Source of the DNA: Octopus bimaculoides
Lineage: Eukaryota
Assembly (NCBI RefSeq): GCF_001194135.2
Contig: NC_068989.1
Location: 39,793,636 to 39,857,635, forward strand
DNA: 64,000 nucleotides
Direction: 5' to 3'
In this document: one piece after another, positions 49,830 to 63,599 of the stretch
Layout: each line of letters starts with the position of its first letter
Numbering within the stretch: position 1 is the stretch's first letter
Made by a program: the position numbers and the translations under genes
The notes under the pieces: model-generated
What the model was told of the DNA's origin: nothing
Database searches by the model: none
Seen by the model: only the letters and a program-made list of their open reading frames with translations

Positions 49830-50256
49830 TCATCATCATCATCTTCATCATCATTTAACATCCACCTTTCATGCTGGCAAGAGTGGGTTGGTTTGACTGG
49901 AGCCAGCCAGGCAGNNNNNNNNNNTCATTTAACATCCACCTTTCATGCTGGCAAGAGTGGGTTGGTTTGACTGGAGCCAGCCAGGCAGAAGCCTGCACCA
50001 GACTTCTGTGACTTTTGGCAGGATTTTTACAGCTGGATGCCCTTCCTAACACCAACCACTCAGCAGAGTGGACATAGTGCTTTTTATGTGGCACCTGTAC
50101 TGAAAGGGTCACCAAGTAACTTGCAGGACAAAAATGTTTTGAAAGGAAAGGGGGCATTGGAGGAGGTGGTCTTGTGTCAGATGAAAGGTTATAGTGAGAC
50201 AGAGAGACAGAAACAGGTGTATTGCTTTAGAGGAGGTACAAGGTTACCTGGCCAGG

Positions 50257-50328
<72 letters not shown>

Positions 50329-53300
50329 AGGAATGAAGATAGAAACAGGAGTGCTGCTGCAAAGGGGATACATGGTTACCCAACCTGAGGGAGGTGCAGA
50401 AAAAGGAAAGTGGGAGACAGCAGGATAGAGGTGATGGCAAGATACTGGGCATACTCACAAGGGATGGGGATTAGAATATAAATGGCTGGTTGAGTAAAGG
50501 AAGAAAGAGATATAGATGGTAGCATGTTTGAAGGTCATAATATAAGTGGCAGGATGGTGTGAAAGATGTGTGATTAGAGAGTGCAGATGGAGGGGAGTGA
50601 GTGGTGAAAACCTGGGTATATATAAAGTTGTGATGGTAGTGGTGGAGGCTACTGGATAGATGTGATACAGAGAACAGAGAAACAGGGTCATGAGGACAGG
50701 ATTAGGGAATGAGAAGTAAGCATAGTGTATGAAGGTGGAAATATGAAGAAGAGGAGAGATTTTGAAAGGTAGATTGGTTTGTTGGGGTAAGGTGTGTGAA
50801 AAGTTTTCTTGTTATGTGTGGATGGAACACACAGGTTGGGGGTTAGTGGATAACAGTGATACAGTGAGACAGAGCAAAGAGGACAGGATTGGGGAGTGGG
50901 AGGTAAGTATAGTGCATGAAGTGGAAATGTGAGGAAGAGAAGAGATGTAGAGATGTAGTTTGGTTTGTTGCAGCAGGGTGTGTGAGAAATTTTCTTGTTA
51001 AGTGTGGGTGGGAAACACATCACTTCTAGAACTCAGTTTCAGTAATGTGGTTGGGTTTTCTCAAGAACCTCATATCGCCAGACATCTCAGTCCATTGTCA
51101 TTTCCTCCATGAGGCCCAACATCCTGAGATCGGTCTTCACCACTTCATCCCATATCTTCTTGGGTCTCCCTCTTCTACGGGTACCATCCACTTTCAAGGA
51201 TTGGTACTTCTTTATGCAGCTGTCCTCATTCATACACATCACATGTCCAAACCAACGTTGTCTTCTCTATTGCATGCTACATTTGATTCCTCTTATGCCC
51301 AACTCTCAATGAATTTGCACTTTGTTGTACATGTGCATTGATGTTGCACATCCAATGGATCATACTACCTTCATTTCTCCCCAGTCTATGCATGTCTTCT
51401 GCATTCAGAGCTCGTGTCTTACTACCGTAGAGTATAGCTGTTCACACACAAGCATCATACAGTCTATCTTTAGTTGCCAACAGAGGTAATAGCTCTCTGA
51501 ACTTCCTCCACCCTATTCTTATTTTAGAAAGAGTCCTTTCAGAGCATCCTCCACCATTGCTAATTTGATTGCCTAGGTAACAGAAACTATTTACAACCTC
51601 AAGAGAGCCTTCTGGCATTTGAAAAATGTAAGTTCCATGTGCTCTTAATGCTTATTGTTCCTGAACACCTGCCACATGCAAAGACAACGTTATCTCTTAA
51701 TCTACCTGTTATTCCACTGCACCTCTTAAATGTCCATAGTTTACACTGGGTGCAGCGAATGAAATTTCTTCCAACTCCTTTCTTAGATATTGAGCAGGGC
51801 CATATATCTGACGGAAAGAGAGTTTTATCTTCTTTCTTACTCACAATAACTTTTGTCTTTGTGAGGTTAGTTTAAGGCTTTAGATTCCAGGTTTTGTTTC
51901 CATACCTGGAATTTCTTCTCCAATTCTGCTAAAGATTCTGCAATAAGAGCAAGGTCATCAGCATATAGCAGTTCCCACAGGCACCCAGTTTTGAATTCCT
52001 CTATTGTGGCATGGAGAACTATAATGAATAAGAGTGGGCTGAGAACTGAGCTCTGGTGAACCCCTACCTGTATGCTAAATTCATCACTGTATTCAAGGCT
52101 GACTCTCACCTTACTGATTGACATCACCACTGTACATGGCTTCAACCACTCTAACACGGCACTCCCCTACTCCTAACTTCCTTAGAGACCACCATATAAC
52201 AGAGCAGGGAACTCTATCAAAAGCTTTCTCCAAGTTGACGAAAGCTAAGTACAATGATTTACTTTTGGCCAAGTACTTTTTCTGCAGCTGTCTCACTAGG
52301 AAGATGACATCTATGATACCTTTCCCAGATACAAAATCAAACTGCATCTCATCTAGTTTAATTCTATTTCTAATGAATTGAGCTATAAACCTCTCAGTAA
52401 TTTTCATGACTTGGTCTAGCAGTTTAGTACCTCTGTAGCTGTTTCTATCTAAGGCATTACCTTTAGCCTTGTAGCAGCTAACTATTATATTACTACACCA
52501 ATTTTTTTACCTTTAGCCTTGTAGCAGCTAACTATTATATTACTACACCAATCATTGGGGATGGTGCTTTCCTGAATAACCTGATTAACTATACGGATGA
52601 CTAAGCTGTATCCCACACCACTGGAAATTTTAATCATCTCAGCAGTGATTCCTGATGGCCCAGGGGCTTTCCCTGTCTTCATGTTCTTAATCACCTTATC
52701 TATTATGCTGCTATGAATTCTGATGGCTGATTCCTCAATTGGTTCAATATTTAGTTGTACTCTCCTTCTCATTCCTTTTCCACATTTAGTAACCTTTCAT
52801 AGCAACACTTCTATGCATCTTTCTTCTCTGAGTCACTAAGTGCAAGCATACCATTATCCATTCACATATATTTCTCACCCACCTCATCTCTATTCTCTTT
52901 GATACTTTGTTTTGCTTTGCAATTCTGAACACCTCACACTTCTGAATTTGCTTTGCAATTCTGAACACTTAACACCTCTGATCCTCATGCTGTAGAACAT
53001 TTGCAAATCTCTTACCTTCAGCTATTTCTTTGCTATGTAAACCTGATGCCTTGCTGCCCTTTTGGCTACCTGATATAATTCTCTGCTCCCACCATTTCCC
53101 CAGTTTTACCAAGCCTGTCTTTTTCATTTTATAGCACTGTCTACCTCCTTGTTCCACCACCATGTCACCCTTAGTCTAGCTGGGACTCTGTGCCAACCAC
53201 AGATTTTGTCTGTAGCCCTTAGTAGATTGTCCTGCAGGAACTTCCAATTGTCCTCTAACCTATATGTCCCCAACTCTTCCTCTCTTTCGTCAGAAGCTTC

Positions 53301-54055
53301 CACTAGGAAATCTCTAAATTTTTGTCTGTTTGCTGGGTCTTTGAGCTTCCATAGTCTTCTTTTCCAGATTAGCTTATGTCTCTGAGTCTTTCTAGCTCTA
53401 ATTCTGAAGTCACTAACTAGTAACCTATGTTGGGTTGTACACTCTTCATCTGGGAAAAACTTTGTATTTTTAAGCATCCATCTATCTCATTGCATGGTAA
53501 GGAGGTAGTTAATCTGGCTTATGTACCCACGAGACTGATAAGTGACTAGGTGGCTGGCTGGTTTTCTGAAGTTAGTGTTTCAGATCATGAGATCATTTGT
53601 ATCACAGAACTCCAACAGTCTTGTTCCCTCCTCATTTCTAGGTTCAAAGCCATAGCCCCTATGCACTCCCTGAAATCCATGGGAATGCTCCAACATGTCC
53701 ATTGGAGTCACCAGCCACAATTACAAAGTTTCTGTCTTGTAATTAAGGTAATCTGCAAAAGTACCTCATAGAATTGGTCCTTCTGCTCATCATTCAGCCA
53801 AGACTGAGGGGCATAAGCAGAGATAAATGTACCTGTTAATTTATCTATGATAAATCTCATCTTAATTACCCTATCACATAATCTGACTACCTCAATTACC
53901 TTATGTACCCACTTTTCTGCTAAAAGTTTGCCTACACCACCTATTCCATCCCTCCTGCCAATCCAAAAGAATTTGAATCTCTGTCTCTTACCTTTGAGGA
54001 ATCTAGCTTCTTGCTTCTTGCACACCACACACATCAACATGGCATAGCTCCAGTA
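49830..54055 (-). mobile_element. Near-full-length RTE-clade LINE, pseudogenised (APE, RT, C-terminus, long 3' UTR)
   Basis: Fragments in order: FKFFWIG...FISAYAPQ (APE); GKAPGPSGITAEMIK; QFDFVSGKGIIDVIF...AFVNLEKAFDRV; GVHQSSVLSPLLF...ELLYADDL (RT); RWFGHV...RGRPKKIWDEVV ending ~51050; then purine/pyrimidine-skewed UTR and (GAT)n tail. Inclusion of the whole UTR is inference. Confidence 0.92.
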
Positions 54056-54084
54056 TTTTAATAATTTCTCTCTCTCTCTCTCTC

Positions 54085-54121
<37 letters not shown>

Positions 54122-54139
54122 CAAAGAATATATATACAT

Positions 54140-54315
54140 GTATACACACATATATGTACATACTCACATCTACATGTGTATATACATGCATATCAGGGTA
54201 CAGGACGCTAGAACAATAAACTACAGACAACGGAACGAACACATAGGAAAACGGAAAGCCACATGGAACATCCCTTCATCAGCTGTCTCTATTCTATCTA
54301 GACGTTTCGAAGACA
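54140..54315 (-). mobile_element. Short PLE-like terminal fragment
   Basis: Shares the ACATCTACATG...GGGTACA...CCCTTCATCAGCTG...CGTTTCGAAG layout with 37493-38255; a related opposite-orientation piece lies at ~56260-56420. Confidence 0.5.
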
Positions 54316-54352
54316 TACACACACACATACAACTGTGTGTGTATATACATAC

Positions 54353-54386
<34 letters not shown>

Positions 54387-54388
54387 AT

Positions 54389-54434
<46 letters not shown>

Positions 54435-54471
54435 ATATATGTGTGTGTGTGCGTGTGCGTGTGTGTGTGTA

Positions 54472-54513
<42 letters not shown>

Positions 54514-56444
54514 TGTGTGTATGTATATACAAAGACTGTTACTTACACACATCTATCTGTCTGTTTCTATAAGTGTATGTGAACACATGTGTGTGCATCA
54601 TTATTGATATATGTCTTCACTCATCACCACCTGAGCGAAACAGTGATTTCAATGCTTATATTCACTGCTGACAATACAAAAGGTTGCTCTGTTCTTACAA
54701 AGACCATTGTGAGAAAGAAATGCCCTTCTTGAAAAACAAAGCATTGAGAACAGGAAGAATGTACAGGTGTAAAAAGGCTACCTCATGCAAGTCTCCATCC
54801 AATCCATGGTAACAGAAAAATAGACATAAAATTAATGAATGAATTGAATTTTCTCATCTATTGGACAGATAGTAGGGTTGTAGCTATGCAATATCCATAC
54901 TCTGTAGATATGTATTATTTTAGATTGGTTCTGAAATATATAGCTTGTACAATAGAAGATGAATATATACATATATAGGCTGAACAGAAACTTTTAGACA
55001 CTAGAACTATTTGCTTTACCATGGACCCTCAACCTCTGATAAAATTGTAGAAGTACTGTTGAGACATATAGTGTGTCTAGAGCCCATCTCTCTCCAGCTC
55101 TGACCACAGCTGATTTCTTCCAAAAACATACAGACAGAAAGAAAAAATGAAAGAGGTGAATTGATCCAGTACAGAACTAGAAATTTATTTATCAACCCCT
55201 GTAAAAGATTGGTATTTTATTTGTCAATCTTGAAAGAGTGAAAGACATAACTGATCTTGGTGGGTCTTGAATAAGGAATGTAGAGAGATGAGGTGGTTAC
55301 AGTGAATAATCTCTCCACTGCATTAAGTCCTCAGTCAGTTTGTTGCCATACAAACTATATGTATTATTTTAAATATGAAATTGAGAAAAACATATAGAAA
55401 AGAAGTAATTTAATCATATGTAATATGGTAAAATAGCTTACTTATAAATATGCTTCTGCACATGTATGAATAAATTCTTAGCCTTCAATGAAATTTCACA
55501 CTTTTGTGCTTTGATGAACTGGAAAAAAATACAACTTATGGTTTACTTATCTCTCTTTTCTGTTCTGGTGTCATGTCTCCTGGCACTAATTATCATGCGA
55601 AACCCTTAAGATTAATAATTTTTCTTGGGGGAGATTCAGCAGGGGCTTCCTGTTTCCTTATGACAGTTTATGGTTTACTCTTTTAGTCTCCTGCTCCTCT
55701 AAGCTTACCCTTAAGGCACAGGGCCTATTTAACCATTAGGCAGTAGAACTGGTTAGTTTACGTGACATCAGGTCATGTCCTTACACTGGTGGGTTTACGT
55801 AAACCCTCTACTAAATCCTCTATGCTTTAACTGTGGGATAACCTCCTGCTATTTGGTCCATAACTGGTACCCTTGACAAGTATTACAACCCTGAATCAGA
55901 GCTGACCTGTGACAAGAAGTGAATGAGGGCCAACACCACCCTCCTCAAAAATCCTCTAGCACCCAAGCTGGAGTCTCACTACTGCAATAATATCCTGATG
56001 CTTCTGTTATGTTTCTGTTTCCTTCACAGTTTCCTGCATCCTCCAACTTCTGCTGCCCTTTATGCTCTTGTTGGCATGTCTGACTTTCTGATCATCACGT
56101 TGTAGATATATGCTGACTACTCTTATCTTGGTGGCTTTGAATACCTTCAACACTGGGGAGATTGGTAGCTAGAGATTAGAAATCATGCTGTACTGATTGA
56201 CTGAGCTGAGAGTTGAGGATATGTTCAGTCACCTTCATATGAATATACTCGTTTCTCTGTTTGTTTTTTCCGTTGTTTGAAAAAAACTTCGTTTTCTATG
56301 TTTTTGTGTTTTATGTTTCCGTTTCTCATTCTGTCTACATTGTTTTGATGTCCTGTACCCATATATGCATGTATATATGTAGGTATGTACATATATGTAT
56401 GTATATATGCATATATTTATATATTATTTATATTTATATTATAT

Positions 56445-56476
<32 letters not shown>

Positions 56477-56708
56477 NNNNNNNNNNNNNNNNNNNNNNNN
56501 NNNTATATATGTTTGTATGAGTTAGAGGTTAAGCAACCATCTAAGGGATAATAAATATCCAGTATACTACTGGATGTATACCTAGGCATTTATATCCAAG
56601 TGCTTACTATTGCAGGGCAATATCGCAATTGAATACTAGGTATGAATGGGGGTAAAACACAAATTTACCCAGAATTTATAAGGCATATAAGAAAAGGATA
56701 ATCAATCA

Positions 56709-57066
56709 ACAAACATCAGCCTGTAAACATTCATTTATATCTATTTATTAATTGATTACAATCATATGTATAAGTGATCAAAATAAACAAATGAAACAAG
56801 CAAATAAGCAAGGAAATAAATCGATAAATAAAAATAAATAAACGAATAAGAATAAATCAGTGAACAAATACTATGCTCTTACTGCTGTTTCTACTATGGG
56901 GTTGCCCAAGTTTTCCACATCACGCCAGTGATATACAGGGATTTTACAAAGGTTGAACAAACATTGGTTATTTGCTTATTTCATTCGTTTACTTTGATCA
57001 CTTATACATATGATTGTAATAAATTAATAAATAGATATAAATGAATGTTTACAGGCTGATGTTTGT
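56709..57066. repeat. 99-bp inverted repeat with 160-bp spacer
   Basis: Arms 56709-56807 and 56968-57066; 4 mismatches by manual comparison. Confidence 0.9.
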
Positions 57067-57597
57067 CAATTTATTATCGTCTCCATTTTCTTATTTGCCT
57101 CATATATATGAATAATGAGCAGGAGGTGGCATCCTCCTAGAGTTAAAACATCAGTATTGTCTGCTCTTATAGAACCCCCACATTTAAGTGGCAATAAACA
57201 TTATTTCTCTGTTCAAATACTGCTTTCGTCTCTAATACAGATTTTCTTAATGAGCTAGTTTGCAACATCCAAAAATGAAAGATTCACCGCTTAAAAATAT
57301 GGTATTATTTTATTTCTGTCTGAAGAATTTCTAATAAGAAATTCTTCACAACATCTAAAACTTTGTAATCCCTATTAGCAAATGAAGTATGAATAACGGT
57401 GAATAAATAATACTAAAATGTTCCAATTTCTTGTTTTGTTATACAATAACACTGCTAATAATATTTCCATTATTCTCAATTTTAATATGTATTTTGACTG
57501 ATATATTGCAGCAGCTGAGAACAGATATTTCGTTGTAATGATGGAATAAGCAGAAGTGCTTTAAGAGGAAACAGCTAGAATTTACCATAACTACTTA

Positions 57598-57653
<56 letters not shown>

Positions 57654-58818
57654 GAGAATTTATGAAAAAAACAGCAGATGAGGACAGGTGGTGTAAACAA
57701 CAAAAGGATGTATTAGTTTAACGCTCAGGAATAGAGAAAGTCTTTAATGTTTCGAGCTATATATATATATCATATCAGTAGAACCAATGATAACTGATGT
57801 GGCACCCAGCTTGTGTAGAATTTGTAATATATGAGTTTTGTTATAATTGTGTTGGTACAAATGTGTGAATTAATGGTTAATTGTGTTATAGTAGTGAGTG
57901 GTGACTGTGTACAGTGTTGTATGAGTTGTGTTATAGTGTGAGTGGTAATTGTGTATAGTGTGTTTTGTATTTGGGTGATGATTGGCTTGAGTATCTTGTG
58001 TGGAATCTGCTATATTATTGAGAGGTGATTGTGTAAAGAATGTGTCCTGTAGGTTTTGGTACTGGGTGGTTTTTAGGTACATTCTGCAATAAGTTTATTG
58101 TGTGAGTTGTACTGTTAAACTGGAGGTATCTTGCATAGAGCATAGGCTTTGCTTAGCAGGTCTTTTGAAGAGGCTATAAAAAAAAAACCCTGTAGAGTAA
58201 ATTTAGATAATTTTAGTTGGAAATTATCATTATTATTCTCCCTGTTAATCTTAAATTTATGCAGAAATACTGATGTAGTTATTTCACATTAAAAATCTAA
58301 AATTTGTTCAGCTGTAAACTTTGTTCCCTGAGAACATGTATAAAGTCAAAGATGAGCACTTAAAATATGTAATCTTTACATGCCTTCATATAATCAAATA
58401 CTGAAAATGGAAATCAGAGCCTCTGAGAATCTGTATATTTAAAAAAAACTGCTTAACCTTAATGAATTCTGTGAGGAAATTAGCTTGCAAATTTTGAAGA
58501 AATGATGTTTTTGCATTATCTCCTGGTTACATAATTGTGTTGTCAAAGGTCCTTCAATTCCCTTGCAGTACAGTTGTGGAAAGTAGTTAGGCTGTCTTCC
58601 TTATCCATTGGGCTTTTGTTGCTTGCATTTCATAATTGTTAGGTAGCAAATCAACCAGGGACTCTCTACATAGATGCTTGACCGAGTAGAAGCAGCTGCT
58701 AAATTTTTCTCAAATCACATCTCACCTTAGGCATGGCTATGTGGTAAGAAGCTTACTTCCCCACCACATGGTTCCACATTCAGTCTCACTGTGTGGAACC
58801 TTTGGCAAGTGTCTTCTA

Positions 58819-58875
<57 letters not shown>

Positions 58876-58883
58876 TGTGTGTG

Positions 58884-60949
58884 ATTAAAGAAGAAGAATG
58901 GAGAGTTGGTAAGGATATAAAATTAATTTATTAACACACTGCCAAAATAAAGCCTACATACGTTTCAACTCTACAAGATTACACCTAATGAAGATTGTCT
59001 GTTTATATAGCAATTATATTAATAACAAATTGAATTTGCAATTATATATTAGACTGAACTGAAATGTACATAGGCTTTATTTTGGCAGTATGTTCATAAT
59101 TAATTTTATATCTTTACTAACTCTCCATTCTTCTTCTTTAATCATATTTATAGCTATAATAATCCCATATATATCAAAGTGATATTCTTCAATGTTGTTG
59201 ATGATTAAAGTAGTGAAACTTCAGGTATAATAACCCCTTATGAAGATAAGATATTCTTGCATTGACTATATATACATATATATATATATATATAAACAAT
59301 ATATGTTAATTATTACAATTACATTTATACAAAAATTATTATATGTTTGTATTTTATTATTTCATATTACATTATATGTATGTATTTAATATATAGTCTA
59401 GCAATATTTAGGGAAAAGATACTTAGAAGCGTGTACACAAGATAGAACCTTTCATTTCTAGAATTAAGTAGTTGATGTCTGGAAGATAATATTTGGTAAA
59501 TTTCTTCAACTCTAAGTTCACATCACCTGTCATTGATACTATATGGTTTAGCATGACTCATAATTTTCCATTAATTTTATAACTCTTATTGCTGTCCTTT
59601 ATTCTTCAAATGAACTTACAAAGACCTGAATTGTTAATTTTTGGATAGTTCGTAACACTACTTTCATGGTTAGCTATTCTTTTCTTTATAAAGCATTCAG
59701 TTGCTCCAATATAAAAAATAATTATTACCTTCAGATTCAACAATAGTCTGATATACCAGATTATTGTGTTTACATAAATTCCAAAATTTACAGTTGAGCT
59801 TATCCTTACAATTATAAAATTTATTTTCATTATTATATTATTATTATTGGTTATAACAAGGGATTTCTGGTGAGTTGTTTCTCCTTCACTATTTGAACTA
59901 GAATTATTACCATTTGTCATGGCTGATTTGTTTTGTTATCTATTCAATGAAATAGTGTCTATTTTATGATTCTCATAAAAACAATTTACTTTATGGTTGT
60001 TAATTGAAGATATAATTTGAAACAGATTACAAGATAAAGCGAAACCTATTCTAATTTTCCTATTATTATTTCACTATATTTATTATTAGTAAAATTTTTG
60101 GTTATTAATCTATGCAAAGTTTTAATTGGGTTGGTTTTTATTTGTTTTCCAAAAGGGATAATTAGCCATATGATATTATTCTTATCAGAATTATGGTTAT
60201 AGTGATTGACAGTATTTGTTTTAGTGGAGTTTATACAAGGCATATATGGTTTAGTCATGTTCGTGGGAGTACTATAATTTCCATAAGCATGAGATTTACT
60301 GAATTTCAAATTATTATAATGATCAATTTCATTATGATTATGATTAAATTCGATGAAATTTTATAATAATAAATACATAGGCTGTAATATATATTGATTA
60401 TGTAAACCAATTTAAATTTACATGGATAACAAATTTTTGAATTTTATTTTACTTGTATTATGTTTATTATTATTTGATTTTTATTATTTTTACTCTTATA
60501 CCACATTTTTATTTTTTAATATCATTTTTTTTTAATCATTTGCATACGCATACACACAATAAATATATATTTCTTAATTTTCTTAATCTATTCATAAAAT
60601 TCAATCAATCAACCTGTAACTATTTCTACTGTACTCTAGCCCTGATGAGATTCTACCCAACATTATGCTATTTTATTCTAATCTTTGGATTCATTACAAT
60701 CTTTGAATTTGCAATTATATATTAGACTGAACAGAAATGTACATAGGCTTTATTTTGGCAGTATGTTCATAATTAATTTTATATCTTTACTAACTCTCCA
60801 TTCTTCTTCTTTAATCATATTTATAGCTATAATAATCCCATATATATCAAAGTGATATTCTTCAATGTGGTTGATGATTAAAGTAGTGAAACTTCAGGTA
60901 TAATCACCCCTTATGAAGATAAGATATTCTTGCATTGACTATATATACA
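58884..60949 (-). mobile_element. Penelope-like element remnant with direct and inverted terminal repeats
   Basis: Minus ORFs KNNIIWLIIPFGKQIKTN...(PLE linker) and YIGATECFIKKRIANHESS (GIY-YIG); ~247-bp direct repeats 59030-59276 / 60703-60949; inverted partial copy 58884-58968. Confidence 0.85.
60638..60749 (+). ncRNA. Degenerate type-I hammerhead motif with long helix-II insert
   Basis: AGCC-CTGATGA (60638-60648) ... GAA-ATGTACAT-A^GGCT (60734-60749): helix I AGCC/GGCT, palindromic helix III ATGTACAT; helix II poorly paired. Confidence 0.45.
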
Positions 60950-61000
60950 NNNNNNNNNNNNNNNNNNNNNNNNNNNNNNNTATATATATATATATATATA

Positions 61001-61583
61001 TATGAGCATATGCATATATATGTACATGTATGTACATACCCTCATCCACATGCACATATAGATACACATCCGGGTACATGGCATTGCAAAAAAACATGGA
61101 CAAAATGATAAACAAGGTACAAAAAACAAGCAGGCCACATAGAGATCATATCCTTCATCAGCTGCCACCATTAAAACACTGGTGTTTCGAAGAGTTATGG
61201 CAGGACGCATCATTAAAATGGCTCTTCCCGCGAACACAAATTAAATTTGTTTCATGGAGGGTAGTGGCGGACGGAAAACAAGACAGGAAAACGAAACGGT
61301 GAAATAAACAAACAAAAAGGCTGTACAGCCAGACGTGGAGAAGTGTGTGTATATTGAACGCTGTGAAGCATGGACTGGAGAGGCGAAGAAGTGAGTGCGA
61401 AGCTTAGGGAGTCCAAGACTGAAAAGAAATGGCAACTGGACACATGTGACCAGCGAGGGGTAGGGAGAAAGCGTGGCAGAGGGAGAAGAAGGGGAGGAAG
61501 TAGAATATAAGTGAGCAACGAGAGGTAGAGAGATAGTAGTAGTGACAGGGAGAGGCAAAGAACAGTAGAGGGAAGAATGAGAG
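61001..61583 (-). mobile_element. Second copy of the 37493-38255 family
   Basis: Co-linear, sharing for example GGAGGGTAGTGGCGGACGGAAAACAAGACAGG and GAACAGTAGAGGGAAGAATGAGAG. Confidence 0.65.
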
Positions 61584-61639
61584 GGGGATATATATATATA
61601 TATATATATACATATATACATATATATGTGTGTGTGTGT

Positions 61640-61863
61640 GTCTTTATGTCTGTGTTTGGCCCCCCAACACTACTTGATAACCGGTGTTGGTGTCTTTATG
61701 TCCCTGTAACTTAGCGGTTTGGCAAAGAGACCTATGGAATAAGTACTAGGCTTTAAAAAAATAAGTCCTGGGGTCTTTTTGTTTAACTAAAACAACCCTT
61801 GAAGATTGTGCCCCAGCATGGCTGCAATCAAATGACTGAAACAAGTTGAAAAGAAAAAGTAAA

Positions 61864-61868
<5 letters not shown>
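61640..61868 (+). mobile_element. Family-B SINE 3' half
   Basis: TCCCTGTAACTTAGCGGTTTGGC...GCATGGCTGCAATCAAATGACTGAAACAAG. Confidence 0.8.
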
Positions 61869-61905
<37 letters not shown>

Positions 61906-63599
61906 ATAGGATTCCTTCAGTTTTCGTCCACCAAATCTAGTCACATGGCTTTGGCTGCCTAATTTAACTCAAATTGTGTATTCCTGACTACATTATCAAG
62001 TGTGTACATTTTTAAAGTTGGTTAAGTATAATTTGAGAGAGATTTGGTCTCATAATTACATACAAGTTCCCTTCTTGGCTTATTATCAAACAAGCAATAG
62101 CAAATGATTCAGAAAACTATGCCTGAATCAGAAGAAATTAATCACTTATGACAGAATTGACAGAAAGTATTCTGATAGAAATTGTTAGACTTACAATTTT
62201 ACTCCGACTTCAAATTCTTATTGAAAATGTAACATAAGTTTTGGGTAGTCTTTACAGTTATTTAGATGCTACAGAATTTTCTATAATAATTTGTAACTGT
62301 TCTATAATGAGTGATGGCTAGCTTAAAATGAACAAGAGTTCTTCATAACCAGGTTTCTAGGATTTCAGGCTCAATGGTACTTAGATTAACATAGAACTTT
62401 ATAACAACATAGTAATAGTATTGGTATTTTAGGATGTTATTCTCTTTAAATCACTGAAATTCCTCAATGATGTGAATGGAATATCTGTTTCATTCAGTAA
62501 TCAGCATCTTTGGCCCTTCCTAAGATTGCAGGATGAACATTTTTCAGCGATGTAGATACTGTATTTTTAAGCATACAAATCAATATAATTTATAGAGTAA
62601 ATTTAATGCAAACATTCAAACACCATTACTTTTTTTCCAAATCTTTCTGCATTTATTATGGAATTTTGGGTTCTCTAAGTCATGATGTATAGGTGGATGT
62701 ACCTTTCTTTTGCTGTAAACTTTGGTTGAATTTTATTTGTATGCCAGAAAAATATAGTAACTGCAAAGTTTTTGTGGGGCTTTCTGTCTCTGTTGCAACA
62801 GAGTAAGAACACAGAAATGGTTAAAGCTTACAAGTAATTTTTGCATGATCTTCCTCCTTATTTCTTCTTGTATTTGTCTTATTCCAATGTCCATGGCAGT
62901 GTCATAAGACTTTCGCACTTTGGCTCTAAGCCACTCATTTATAAGGAAAAGATATTCTTTAATATTTGTTACATTTTACTTATTGGAGGAAGGGCAGTGG
63001 TTTGACCATTTTTAGTATTTTCAAGATTGGTGAGAGGAACAGAGATAGTTATTGTTAGACTAGAGACATTGTTCAGATGCTTGCAGCAAAGTGAACCTAG
63101 GTAAGAGTACCCAAGAGTCAGGAGGTAGTATTATCCAACATAGTTTCTATTTACCAACTTTCATTTACAACTCTTTACTTGACATGGGACCATGACAGAA
63201 AACTTTCCCTTAATGTTCTGGGCAATGGGATCAAACCCAAAACTACATAGTTTCAAATTGGCCAAGCTTGTACTCATATATGCTCGTGCTATGCCATCAA
63301 CCCTTAATTCCTTGATGGAGCCTTAGTGGGTGTTGTAATATAATATTTGTCTTGGACATTTTAGACTTGGCAGAGACCATCCAACTTCAGGTCTGATTAC
63401 TTTCAATTTCTTCTATAATGCGACAGATGGACAGGCAGAAAGAGCTAGAAGGAGAAAGAGAGGAAATGACTCCAGTACAGGGCTTGTATTTTACTTATCA
63501 ACCCCAAAAAGGAAAAATTTAAAGCTGACTTGGGCAGAATTTGAACTTAGTGTGCAGAAAGCCAACTACCTAATGCTCTAATGATAATTAGCTACATAT

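Noticed and set aside
57321-57348. 12-bp perfect stem with 4-nt loop
   Set aside because: Short and AT-rich; no supporting context.
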